The translations under genes and the position numbers were made by a program. A DNA stretch of 64,000 bases. It comes from Pseudolabrys sp. GTDB lineage: Bacteria > Pseudomonadota > Alphaproteobacteria > Rhizobiales > Xanthobacteraceae. Shown here piece after piece: positions 27,674 to 36,846 of this stretch. Position 1 is the stretch's first letter. Every line of letters begins with the position of its first letter. Location of the stretch: the NCBI GenBank assembly GCA_026125895.1, contig JAHCKG010000018.1, positions 8,231 through 72,230 on the forward strand, given 5' to 3'. The notes beneath the pieces are model-generated. The model had not been told where the DNA came from, searched no databases, and saw only the letters and a list, made by a program, of their open reading frames with translations.

Positions 27674-28264
27674 ATGGCTAAAACGCCTTCCAGCGCCGCC
27701 GCACCGCCGCTCAAGAAATCCGAACGGACCCGCGCCGCCATCCTCACCGCGGCGCGAGCGGCCTTTGCCGAGCAGGGTTATGAGCGCGCCACGGTGCGCG
27801 ACATCGCGGCGCGCGCCGGCGTCGATCCGGCGCTGGTGGTGCGCTATTTCGGCGGCAAGGATGCGCTGTTCGCCGAGGCCAGCGATTTCGATTTGCGCCT
27901 GCCGGATCTCGCCGGCGCGCCGCGCGCGAAGCTCGGCGAGATCGTCATCGCGCATTTCCTCGACGTCTGGGAGGAATCGAGCGGCAGCGCCGGCATGGCA
28001 ATCCTCATGCGCGCGGCCGCCACCAACGAGGAGGCGGCCGCCAAGATGCGCCGCATCTTCGCCAGTCAGGTCGCACCGATGCTGGCGGCGATCGTCGATC
28101 GCTCGGAGATGGCGATGCGCGCGGGGCTGGTTTCGACCCAGCTTCTCGGCCTGGCGCTGTGCCGTTATGTGCTGAAGCTGCCACCGGTCACGGGGCTGTC
28201 GCGCGAACAGATTGTCCGCAGCGTCGGGCCGTCCTTGCAGGCCTACATGACGGGCAAACTGTAG
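27674..28264 (+). CDS. TetR family transcriptional regulator
   Basis: TRAAIL.AAR..F.E.GY..ATVRDIA.RAGVDPALV.RYFG.K..LF. Confidence 0.92.
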   Translation: MAKTPSSAAAPPLKKSERTRAAILTAARAAFAEQGYERATVRDIAARAGVDPALVVRYFGGKDALFAEASDFDLRLPDLAGAPRAKLGEIVIAHFLDVWEESSGSAGMAILMRAAATNEEAAAKMRRIFASQVAPMLAAIVDRSEMAMRAGLVSTQLLGLALCRYVLKLPPVTGLSREQIVRSVGPSLQAYMTGKL

Positions 28265-28346
28265 CGCGCTTTCGCGGCGCGGACGCATTGCGCCCGGCGT
28301 GTCACTTGCCCATGATCGCGCCCGGCATCATTGCGGGAGTTGAGAC

Positions 28347-29042
28347 ATGAAGGTAGCGATCGTGACGGCGGGCGGCAGCGGCATGGGCGCGGCCTGCGCG
28401 CGCAAACTGGCGGCGGACGGCTACAAGGTCGCGATCCTGTCGTCGTCGGGCAAGGGCGAGGCGCTGGCCAAGGAGCTCGGCGGCATCGGCGTCACCGGCT
28501 CGAACCAGTCGAACGACGATATCAAGCGGCTGGTCGATGAGACGATGAAGGCCTGGGGCCGCATCGACGCGCTGGTCAACTCGGCCGGCCACGGGCCGCG
28601 CGACGACATCCTCAAGATCACCGACGAGCAATGGCACACCGGCATGGACGTGTATCTGCTCAGCGCCATCCGCCCGGCGCGGCTCGTCGCGCCGATCATG
28701 GCGGCGCAAAAGAAGGGCGCCATCGTCAACATCTCCACCGCCTGGGCCTTCGAGCCGAGCGCGATGTTTCCGACCTCGGGCGTGTTTCGCGCCGGGCTTG
28801 CCGCATTTGCCAAGCTTTTCGCCGACCAATACGCCCCCGATAATGTGCGCATGAACAACGTGCTGCCGGGCTGGATCGACTCGCTGCCGGAGAAGGACGA
28901 GCGCCGCGACAGTGTGCCGATGGGCCGCTACGGCACCGCCGACGAGATCGCCGCTACTGCGGCATTCCTCGTCTCCGACGGCGCCGGCTACATCACCGGG
29001 CAGAATCTGAAAGTGGATGGCGGCTTGATGCGGGGGATTTGA
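28347..29042 (+). CDS. Short-chain dehydrogenase/reductase
   Basis: TAGGSGMG, LVNSAG, GAIVNIS, YITGQNL.VDGG; atypical S...R in place of YxxxK. Confidence 0.9.
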   Translation: MKVAIVTAGGSGMGAACARKLAADGYKVAILSSSGKGEALAKELGGIGVTGSNQSNDDIKRLVDETMKAWGRIDALVNSAGHGPRDDILKITDEQWHTGMDVYLLSAIRPARLVAPIMAAQKKGAIVNISTAWAFEPSAMFPTSGVFRAGLAAFAKLFADQYAPDNVRMNNVLPGWIDSLPEKDERRDSVPMGRYGTADEIAATAAFLVSDGAGYITGQNLKVDGGLMRGI

Positions 29043-29057
29043 CACGCGCGATTGACA

Positions 29058-29100
29058 GCGCCGTTCCGTAATGCAATCTTTAGTTGCATTACGGAGGCGC
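29058..29100 (+). promoter_or_regulatory. Hairpin/palindrome covering the SD of the next gene, just after a TTGACA hexamer
   Basis: tccgtaatgcaa-N7-ttgcattacgga plus outer gcgcc/ggcgc; GGAGG at 29093-29097. Confidence 0.6.
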
Positions 29101-29102
29101 TC

Positions 29103-29813
29103 ATGATTACGAGAACGCATAACGTAAGCGACTATTTCAAAGGATTTCCTGACGATCAGGCAAAGCTGGAAAAGGCGTTCGATGTCGCCCTCCAGATGCG
29201 AAGTCTCGAATACGATCTCTATTGGAAGAGAGCGAGCTTTGGATGGGTTATTGTCGGCGCGGCGATTACCGCATTTGGCGCCGTCCGCGGCGAGGCTGAT
29301 TTTGCCATCGAATATGGCATGGCTTGCCTCGGCCTCATCGTCTCGTTCGCTTGGTATCTTATCAACAGAGCGGGGGCGTCTTGGGCCAGAAACTGGGAAA
29401 TTCACGTTGAGATTCTGGAAGACAAAGTCATTGGTAAACTCTTCAAGAGCGTGATGAACCGATTGGAGTTCGACAGCACTGATTTCATTCTGCCGTATCC
29501 GTTTTCGACCCAAAGAATAAATAATATTCTGTCGTTGACCATCTGTGGCGTTTGGCTGTTCCTCATGGGCCACGTGTGCCTTCGAGCCCAGCCACGTCCA
29601 GTTTCCTCGGCTCATTTATCGATTTCATTTTTATTCTTGTCGCTGTCGACAGCGCTTGTTATTTGGCTTCTCTGGGCACGGGCGCGCGTTCGGGAGCCAG
29701 AAAATTATCCGGTGATGACCGACCGTGAAGTCAGGGACTATGGATCGAAGATGGCAAAGTACTATGCTGAAAAATCGAACCCATGGTCCAAGCTTACGCG
29801 TCTCGTTCACTAG
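29103..29813 (+). CDS. AT-richer multi-TM membrane protein of unknown function
   Basis: About four TM helices; LYWKRA.F, WYL.NR....W..NWE.HV..LED, FS..RIN motifs; codon usage unlike its neighbours. Confidence 0.7.
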   Translation: MITRTHNVSDYFKGFPDDQAKLEKAFDVALQMRSLEYDLYWKRASFGWVIVGAAITAFGAVRGEADFAIEYGMACLGLIVSFAWYLINRAGASWARNWEIHVEILEDKVIGKLFKSVMNRLEFDSTDFILPYPFSTQRINNILSLTICGVWLFLMGHVCLRAQPRPVSSAHLSISFLFLSLSTALVIWLLWARARVREPENYPVMTDREVRDYGSKMAKYYAEKSNPWSKLTRLVH

Positions 29814-30028
29814 CGGCCCTGCACTGACTTCGCCGGCGCCCAATCAATGCTTCTGCGGGATGAATGCAATGCCGCTGCGATAGCAGTGTTACTGAGATCT
29901 TCCCGGCTGCAGAAGTTCCCAATCTCCCTCTTTACGCCGCCCTTATGCGCCGGGCTGCATTTCCGTATCGAAGCTTTGCGCTCGCCGCGCCATGTTCACC
30001 TTGCGCAAGCAGGTGAAAGGAGGCGGTC

Positions 30029-30265
30029 ATGGCCCCGCGCTTCGACTGGCCCAATCAGGAATTTCAGGACACAGCCGAGAAGCCCGATTGGTTCTGGGTG
30101 CTCTTTGCCATGGGCATGGCGGCGTTCTTCGGCGTGCTGATCGCCATCAACGGCAGCGGCGGGGCCGACTGCCGGTCCATCGCCGACCAGACGGCGCGGC
30201 TCAAATGCTTCGACGCCGCCACGCAGACGCTGCCCGCCAAGGGCGCGCAAATTCCGAACCAGTAG
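30029..30265 (+). CDS. Small single-TM hypothetical protein with a Cys pair
   Basis: SD AGGAGG, one hydrophobic helix, C..I.D...RL.CFD motif. Confidence 0.7.
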   Translation: MAPRFDWPNQEFQDTAEKPDWFWVLFAMGMAAFFGVLIAINGSGGADCRSIADQTARLKCFDAATQTLPAKGAQIPNQ

Positions 30266-30310
30266 GCCGCCGGCTTGCCCACCCGCGCAAACTATGGCAT
30301 CTGACCCGCC

Positions 30311-30361
30311 ATGTTCGACGCGATGACATCCCCGCAGACCTGCTGGTGGCGCTGCTTTTAA
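30311..30361 (+). CDS. Putative trpS leader peptide MFDAMTSPQTCWWRCF
   Basis: 16-codon ORF with tandem TGG TGG, ending 117 nt upstream of trpS and overlapped by a hairpin. Confidence 0.7.
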   Translation: MFDAMTSPQTCWWRCF

Positions 30362-30478
30362 AAAGCGGCGCGTCGAATTTCTTTTCATTCATCAGACGTG
30401 GCCGCCGGGTATCGGCAGGCATCGTCCATGAATTGACAACCTCACCGACGCGCGGCGGCTCCCAACAGGAGAACTGCC
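30311..30478 (+). promoter_or_regulatory. Putative Trp-sensing ribosome-dependent attenuator
   Basis: Leader ORF; hairpin 30349-30371; alternative pairing 30314-30322 with 30369-30377; U-rich tract 30378-30385. Confidence 0.6.
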
Positions 30479-31495
30479 ATGCATGCCCCCCTCGACCTCA
30501 AACCCGTCATCCTCACCGGCGAGCGCACCACCGGGCCGCTGCATCTCGGCCATTACGTGGGCTCGCTGCGCAACCGGCTGGCGCTGCAGGATACGCACCG
30601 CCAATTCCTGCTGCTCGCCGATCTGCAGGCGCTGACCGACAACGCCCACGATCCCGACAAGGTACGGCGCAACGTCATCGAGGTGGCGCTCGATTATCTC
30701 GCCGTCGGCATCGATCCGGGCAAGGCCAGCATCTGCGTGCAGTCGGCGCTGCCGGCGCTGGCCGAACTGACGATGCTCTACATGAACTTCGTCTCGGTAG
30801 CGCGGCTGGAGCGCAACCCGACCATCAAGGACGAGATTCGCGCCCGCGGTTTCGGCCGCGATATTCCGGCGGGCTTCATGTGCTACCCGGTCTCGCAGGC
30901 CGCCGACATTACCGGCTTCAAGGCGAGCGTGGTGCCGGTCGGCGAGGATCAGGCGCCGCTGATCGAACAGACCAACGAGATCGTGCGCCGCGTCAATCAT
31001 CAGGCCGGCCGCGACGTGCTCGTCGAGGCGCAGGCGCTGATCCCGAAAGTGGGGCGGCTGCCCGGCATCGACGGCAAGGCGAAGATGAGCAAGTCGCAGG
31101 GCAACGCGCTGCTGCTGTCGGCCTCGCCGGAGGAGATCAAGCGCGCCGTGCATCTGATGTACACCGACCCGAACCATCTGCGCGTCAGCGATCCCGGTAC
31201 GGTCGAGGGCAACGTCGTGTTCACGTATCTCGACGCCTTCGATCCGGACGGGGGCGGTGTCGCCGACCTGAAGGCGCAGTACCGGCGCGGCGGCCTCGGC
31301 GACAAGGCGGTGAAGGCGCGGCTCGAGACCTTGCTTCAGGAGCTGCTGACGCCGATCCGCGAGCGGCGCGCGGCGCTGGCGCGCGATCCGGACACGGTGC
31401 TCGACGTGCTGCGCGACGGCACCGCCAAGGCGCGCGCCATCACGCAGGCGACACTGCAGGAGGTGCGCGACGGTCTCGGATTGTTTGAGCTCTAG
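30479..31495 (+). CDS. trpS: Tryptophanyl-tRNA synthetase (LERNPT-type, possibly an auxiliary paralog)
   Basis: [25 protein letters not shown]. Confidence 0.95.
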   Translation: MHAPLDLKPVILTGERTTGPLHLGHYVGSLRNRLALQDTHRQFLLLADLQALTDNAHDPDKVRRNVIEVALDYLAVGIDPGKASICVQSALPALAELTMLYMNFVSVARLERNPTIKDEIRARGFGRDIPAGFMCYPVSQAADITGFKASVVPVGEDQAPLIEQTNEIVRRVNHQAGRDVLVEAQALIPKVGRLPGIDGKAKMSKSQGNALLLSASPEEIKRAVHLMYTDPNHLRVSDPGTVEGNVVFTYLDAFDPDGGGVADLKAQYRRGGLGDKAVKARLETLLQELLTPIRERRAALARDPDTVLDVLRDGTAKARAITQATLQEVRDGLGLFEL

Positions 31496-32319
31496 GTGCC
31501 GCGAATGCCGCGCAGGCGCTCGTTGCGCCGGCGCAGCATTTCCAGCGCCGCCAGCATCACCACCGACACCAGGATCATGATGGTGGCGACGGCGGTGATG
31601 GTCGGCGAGATGTTTTCGCGCAGGCCGGAGAACATTTCGCGCGGCAGCGTGCGCTGTTCGGGGCCGGCGACCATCAGCACGACGACGACCTCGTCGAAGC
31701 TGGTGGCGAAGGCGAACAGCGCGCCGGAGGCGACGCCGGGCGCGATCAGCGGCAGGATGACCTTGAAGAAGGTCGTCACCGGCGCGGCGCCGAGGCTGGC
31801 GGAGGCGCGGGCGAGGTTGTCGTCGAAGCCTTTCAGTGTCGCCGCCACGGTGATGACGACGAAGGGCGTGCCGAGCGCGGTGTGCGCGAGGATGAGCCCG
31901 GTGTAGCTGGCGGTGAGGCCGAGCGGAGCGAAGAAGAAGTAGAAGCCGACGGCGACGATGACGACCGGCACGATCATCGGCGACAGCAGGATCGCCATGA
32001 CGAGGCCCTTGCCGCGGAAGTCGGCGCGCGTCAGGCCGAGCGCGGCGACGGTGCCGAGCGCGGTGGCGAGCACGGCACTCGATATGCCGATGATGAAGCT
32101 GTTGCGCAGCGCCCGCATCCACTGCTCGGAGGCGAGGAAGGCGTGATACCAGCGCAGCGACAGGCCATCGAGCGGGTAGGTGAGGAAGGTGCCCGAGTTG
32201 AACGACAGCGGTACGATGGCGAGGATCGGCGCCATCAGGAAGAACAGCACCAGGCCGCTGGCGACATAGAGCACCGTGCGCCAGATGCGTTCTTCGCGGG
32301 TCAGATGCTGAGTGGCCAT
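31492..32319 (-). CDS. Polyamine/opine-type ABC permease (PotC-like)
   Basis: [36 protein letters not shown]. Confidence 0.9.
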   Translation of the reverse strand: MATQHLTREERIWRTVLYVASGLVLFFLMAPILAIVPLSFNSGTFLTYPLDGLSLRWYHAFLASEQWMRALRNSFIIGISSAVLATALGTVAALGLTRADFRGKGLVMAILLSPMIVPVVIVAVGFYFFFAPLGLTASYTGLILAHTALGTPFVVITVAATLKGFDDNLARASASLGAAPVTTFFKVILPLIAPGVASGALFAFATSFDEVVVVLMVAGPEQRTLPREMFSGLRENISPTITAVATIMILVSVVMLAALEMLRRRNERLRGIRGT

Positions 32320-32329
32320 CGCGAGTCCC

Positions 32330-33580
32330 TCAGCCGAGCTTGACGTTGGTGATGCCGACGAGGCGGTCGTACACCCAGTACAGCAGTAGCGTGGCGACGA
32401 GCAGCACGGCGCCGAGCGCCGAGGCCATGCCCCAGTTCACCGAGTCCGACGTATAGAAGGCGATGAAGTAGCTGATCATCTGGTCGGCGGCACCGCCGAC
32501 CAGAGCCGGCGTGATGTAATAGCCGAGCGCCAGGATGAAGACGAGCAGCGCGCCGGCGCCGATGCCGGGCAACGTCATCGGCAGATAGACGCGGATGAAG
32601 GCCTCGGTCGGCGAGGCGCCGAGCGATTTGGCCGCCAGCATGTAGGACGGCTTGATGCCCTTCATCACAGAATACAAGGGCAGGATGAGGAACGGCAGCA
32701 GGATATGCGTCATGGCGATGTAGACGCCGATGCGGTTGTAGATCAGCCGTACCGGTGAATCGATGACGCCGAGCCAGATCAGCGCGTGGTTGATGATGCC
32801 CTGTTCCTGCAGCAGCACGATCCAGGCCGCTGTGCGCACTAAAAGCGACGTCCAGAACGGCAGCAGCACCAGGATCATCAGCAGATTGGCGCGGCGCGGC
32901 GGCTGCGTGGCCAGCAGATAGGCGACGGGAAAGCCGAGCACGACGCACAGCAGCGTGACGATGAAGCTGACCTTGAAGGTGCGCGTGAGCACCTCGACAT
33001 AGATCGCCTGGCTGGGCGGCGTCGCGACGATGTGGCCGTCGGCGGTCTTCTGCCGGTCCACGGCGGCGAGCAGGTAGAAACTGGTGACCGGGCCGCTCGC
33101 CTGATCGATGGCCGCCCAGGTTTTGACATCGCCCCAGTGCGGATCGATCTCGGTGAGCGTGGCGCCCCAGTCCGCTGACGTATCCGGCAGGCGGCGCGCG
33201 GTGCCGAACACCAAAGTGCGGCCGTTGTCGATGGCGTAGTTCAGCCGCCGCCCCGCGATCGGCAGCGTGCGCGCGCGGTAGCTGTCGCGGATATCGGTGG
33301 CGAGCGCGTCGAACACCGGCGGCGGCGGCAGCTGGGTGCGGTCGGTCCAGGTTCTGATCGACTGCGTGACATGCGGCCACACGGAGGCCAGCTCGCGATC
33401 GACGACCGACAGCCGCAGCATGTCGAGGATCGGCACGACGAAAGTGACGACGATGAACAGCAGCAGCGGCAGCACCAGCGCGAAGGCGCGCAGCTTGCGC
33501 ATGCGCTCGGCGCGGCGCAGTTGCGCCTTGAGCGAGGCGCCGGTGCCGGCGAGCGGCGCGGCAAGGCCGGAGTTCGTCAG
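32330..33580 (-). CDS. Polyamine/opine-type ABC permease (PotB-like), probable CTG start
   Basis: LLPFWTSLLVRT.AW, AAKSLGA, LGYYITPAL.GG; GGAGG-N5-CTG at 33580; first ATG is at 33502. Confidence 0.85.
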   Translation of the reverse strand: MTNSGLAAPLAGTGASLKAQLRRAERMRKLRAFALVLPLLLFIVVTFVVPILDMLRLSVVDRELASVWPHVTQSIRTWTDRTQLPPPPVFDALATDIRDSYRARTLPIAGRRLNYAIDNGRTLVFGTARRLPDTSADWGATLTEIDPHWGDVKTWAAIDQASGPVTSFYLLAAVDRQKTADGHIVATPPSQAIYVEVLTRTFKVSFIVTLLCVVLGFPVAYLLATQPPRRANLLMILVLLPFWTSLLVRTAAWIVLLQEQGIINHALIWLGVIDSPVRLIYNRIGVYIAMTHILLPFLILPLYSVMKGIKPSYMLAAKSLGASPTEAFIRVYLPMTLPGIGAGALLVFILALGYYITPALVGGAADQMISYFIAFYTSDSVNWGMASALGAVLLVATLLLYWVYDRLVGITNVKLG

Positions 33581-33603
33581 TGAAGCCTCCTGACGTCACC
33601 CTC

Positions 33604-33686
33604 CGTCATGCCCGGCCTTGTGCCGGGCATCCACGTCTTAGCCATGAAGTAAGGCGTGGATGGCCGGGACAAGCCCGGCCATGACG
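33604..33686. repeat. REP/RIME-like doublet, family B (CGTC-tagged)
   Basis: cgtcatgcccggccttgtgccgggcatccacg...cgtggatggccgggacaagcccggccatgacg; inverted counterpart at 37643. Confidence 0.92.
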
Positions 33687-33708
33687 ATGTTGAGGGCATA
33701 CGCGGCGG

Positions 33709-34770
33709 CTACTTCGTCGCCGCCCACTTGTTGAACTGCTCGGTGAGGCGGTCGATGTTCTCCATCCAGAACGCGGTGTCGATCTGCACGGCGTGGGCGA
33801 AGTTCTCGTCCGCGGTCGGCAGGTCGGCGAGGCGCGCCTTCGGAATCAGTGCATTAGCGCCCTTGGCGGTGACGCCGTAAGCGATCGCTTCCGGCAGCTT
33901 GGCCTGGTTCTTGGCCTCACCGAGGAAGTTGATCAGCTTGTAGGCGTTATCGACGTTGGGCGAGCGCTTGAGGATGACCCAGGAGTCGATGGTGTACAGC
34001 GCGCCGTTCCACGAGATGCCGAAGTTCTTCTTGTCGTCGCGGTTGGCGGCGTCGATGCGGCCGTTATAGACCGAGGTCATCACCACTTCGCCGGAGGCGA
34101 GCAGCTGCGGCGGCTGGGCGCCGGCCTTCCAGAACACCAGGTCGTTCTTGATGGTGTCGAGCTTCTTGAAGGCGCGATCGACGCCTTCCTTGGTCTTGAG
34201 CGCCTTGTAGACGTCGCTTGGGGCGACGCCATCGGCCATCAGCGCGATCTCGAGCGTCGTCTTCGGTCCGGCGCGCAAGCCGCGCTTGCCAGGATACTTC
34301 TTGGTGTCGAAGAAGTCGGCCCAGGACTTCGGCGCATCCTTGAGCTTGTCCTTGTCGTAGCCGAGCACGAAATCGTAAAGGATGGCGCCGACGCCGCATT
34401 CATGCACGGCGGGGGCGATGTAGTTGTCCTTGCCGCCGATCTTGGAATAATCGAGCGGCACGAACAGGCCTTCCTCGCAGCCGGCCGCGAGCTCTTCCGA
34501 TTCCACCTGCACGACGTCCCAGGTCGAAGCGCCGCCCTGCACCTTGGCGCGCAGCACGCCGATGCCGCCGTCCCACGACTCGTCGATCAGCGGGATCTTG
34601 GCTTCCTGCTTGAAGGGCTCGAAATACACCTTCTTCTGCGCCGCCTGATAGGCGCCGCCCCACGACACGACGGTCAGGTCGCGCGCCTGCGCGGCCGTGC
34701 CCGCGCCCACGGCGATCGCCGCCGCGACGACCGTGCCCAACGCCATCGTTCCCAACGCCTTTGTGTGCAT
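33709..34770 (-). CDS. Polyamine/opine-type ABC substrate-binding protein (PotD/PotF-like)
   Basis: Signal peptide, VVSWGGAYQ.AQ, WDVVQVE, DFFD.KKYPGKRGL, LEIALMADGV. Confidence 0.9.
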   Translation of the reverse strand: MHTKALGTMALGTVVAAAIAVGAGTAAQARDLTVVSWGGAYQAAQKKVYFEPFKQEAKIPLIDESWDGGIGVLRAKVQGGASTWDVVQVESEELAAGCEEGLFVPLDYSKIGGKDNYIAPAVHECGVGAILYDFVLGYDKDKLKDAPKSWADFFDTKKYPGKRGLRAGPKTTLEIALMADGVAPSDVYKALKTKEGVDRAFKKLDTIKNDLVFWKAGAQPPQLLASGEVVMTSVYNGRIDAANRDDKKNFGISWNGALYTIDSWVILKRSPNVDNAYKLINFLGEAKNQAKLPEAIAYGVTAKGANALIPKARLADLPTADENFAHAVQIDTAFWMENIDRLTEQFNKWAATK

Positions 34771-34825
34771 CGATACTCTCCCTCGTTCTCGGCCCGCCGC
34801 GGTGTGCGGCCGGCCCCTGTTGAAA

Positions 34826-35917
34826 TCAGCGCGGCGCGTCGAGCGCCAGACAGTCGCGCGTGGCAAAGCCGATCGACAGCACGTCGCCGGGCTTCGGCAC
34901 CACGCGGTTGGCGCGGTAGCGCATCTTGACGGTGAAGTCGTCGTTGCCCGGCACGTCGAGGCGCACGCGCATGTGGTCGCCGTGATAGATCGTCTCCTTG
35001 ACCGTGGCGCGCAGCCGGTTGGCGATGTCGCCTTGCGGTTCGATATCGACTTTCTCCGGCCGCAGCGACAGGTTGACGCGGCGTCCGGTGCCGTCGCCGC
35101 AGCCGGCGCGGGCATGGATCACGGTGCCGTCGTCGAGCCGCACGCGACAGGAGCCGGCATCGACCAGCTCCAGCGTGCCGCCGAGCATGTTGTTCTCGCC
35201 GATGAAGTTGGCGACGAAGGAATTCTGCGGCTGCTCGTAAAGGCCCTGCGGCGTATCGAGCTGCTGCACCACGCCTTCGTGAAACACGGCGATGCGGTCC
35301 GACATGGTCAGCGCCTCGCTCTGGTCGTGCGTGACATAGACCACGGTGAGTCCGAGATTGTCGTGGATGTGCTTGATCTCGATCTGCATGTGCTCGCGCA
35401 GCTGCTTGTCGAGCGCGCCGAGCGGCTCGTCCATCAGCACCAGCTTCGGCTCGAACACCAAAGCGCGGGCGAGCGCGACGCGCTGCTGCTGGCCGCCGGA
35501 CAATTGCCCGGGACGGCGGGCGCCGAGCGCGCCGAGCTTGACGACGTCGAGCGCGCGGGCGACGCGCGTTTTCTGTTCGGCCTTGCCGATGCGGCGCACC
35601 GCCAGCGGAAAGGCGATGTTCTCCTCGACCGTCATGTGCGGGAACAGCGCATAGTTCTGGAAGACGACGCCGATGTCGCGCTTGTGCGGCGGCGTATCGC
35701 GCAAGGACTGGCCGGCGAGCGTGATCTCGCCGCGCGTCGGAACCTCGAAGCCGGCGAGCATCATCAGCGACGTCGTCTTGCCCGAGCCGGACGGGCCCAG
35801 CATGGTGAGGAATTCGCCGCGGCGGATATCGAGATTGAGGTCCTTCACCACCAGCAATTCGCCGTCGTAGGTCTTCTGCACCCCGCGAAACGATACCAGA
35901 GGTTCAGATACGGACAT
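34826..35917 (-). CDS. Polyamine-type ABC ATP-binding protein (PotA-like)
   Basis: GPSGSGKT, FQNYALFPH, LSGGQQQRVALARA, TOBE-like tail. Confidence 0.92.
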   Translation of the reverse strand: MSVSEPLVSFRGVQKTYDGELLVVKDLNLDIRRGEFLTMLGPSGSGKTTSLMMLAGFEVPTRGEITLAGQSLRDTPPHKRDIGVVFQNYALFPHMTVEENIAFPLAVRRIGKAEQKTRVARALDVVKLGALGARRPGQLSGGQQQRVALARALVFEPKLVLMDEPLGALDKQLREHMQIEIKHIHDNLGLTVVYVTHDQSEALTMSDRIAVFHEGVVQQLDTPQGLYEQPQNSFVANFIGENNMLGGTLELVDAGSCRVRLDDGTVIHARAGCGDGTGRRVNLSLRPEKVDIEPQGDIANRLRATVKETIYHGDHMRVRLDVPGNDDFTVKMRYRANRVVPKPGDVLSIGFATRDCLALDAPR

Positions 35918-36090
35918 GCGAACGCGGCTCCTCATCCGCCGCCTCGCACGCACACACATCACGCCCGGCGGCCGGATCGCGCAAAGCATCGCCCAGTTTA
36001 GAAGCCTGCACAACTGCGAATTTGCGGCAGCGATGCAGGAAAAATCAGCACCGGCAAGGGGATGGCGGGGAAGGGGATACTCTCCGGACC

Positions 36091-36170
36091 GTAGCTCGCA
36101 TGAAGCGAAGCGGAATGCGGGAACGGCATCGGCAGCCAGTCCCGGATTTCGCTTCGCTCATCCGGGCTAC
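36091..36170. repeat. GTAG-tagged REP doublet, family D
   Basis: gtagctcgcatgaagcgaagcggaatgcggga...tcccggatttcgcttcgctcatccgggctac. Confidence 0.8.
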
Positions 36171-36180
36171 AGGGTGCGCG

Positions 36181-36846
36181 CTACAGGATCCCGTACTTGG
36201 CGTAAACATCCGCCAGCAGCCGGCCCTGGAGCAGTTCGTCGCGCGAGCGGTTCTCGCCATCGACCTTCCTGAAGGCGGCCTCGAATACCTTGTCCTCGAT
36301 CTCGCGCGGGATGACGACGACGCCGTCGACGTCGCCGAACACGATGTCGCCGGAGCGCACGCGCACGCCGCCGCACAGCATCGGCCGGTCGATCTCCTGC
36401 ATCTTGCCGCGGCCGCGCGAATCGAGCGGGCCGATGCCGCCGCAGAACACCGGGAATTTCATGTCGCGGATGAAGCGCACGTCGCGCGTCAGCCCGTCGG
36501 TGACGCAGCCGACGCCGCCGCGCATCTTGGTCGCCGTGGTGAGCAGTTCGCCCCACGGCGCGATGGTCAGGTTGCCGGCGCAGCCGAGCACGGGGATTTC
36601 GCCGGGCCTGATGTCGTCGATCAGCTTGATCTCGAGCTCGTAGGGGTTCTCGCCCTCGGCTCCGGCATCGCACACCGCCATATAGGCGCCGGTGCGGGCG
36701 CGGCCGATCAGCACCTGCGCCTCGTCGAGCGGGCGGATGTTCGGCGTCATCGCCTGCGCGGTGTGGCCGAGGCTGTCGAGCACGTCGGACAGAACCGGCG
36801 TGTAGAGCTTGTCTTTCGCGCGCGCGAGATCGTCGGTGCTGAGCAT
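36181..36846 (-). CDS. RraA / HMG aldolase family protein
   Basis: VLSDVLD, GRART, WGELL, DG..RD, GDIVFGD.DGVVVIP. Confidence 0.9.
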   Translation of the reverse strand: MLSTDDLARAKDKLYTPVLSDVLDSLGHTAQAMTPNIRPLDEAQVLIGRARTGAYMAVCDAGAEGENPYELEIKLIDDIRPGEIPVLGCAGNLTIAPWGELLTTATKMRGGVGCVTDGLTRDVRFIRDMKFPVFCGGIGPLDSRGRGKMQEIDRPMLCGGVRVRSGDIVFGDVDGVVVIPREIEDKVFEAAFRKVDGENRSRDELLQGRLLADVYAKYGIL

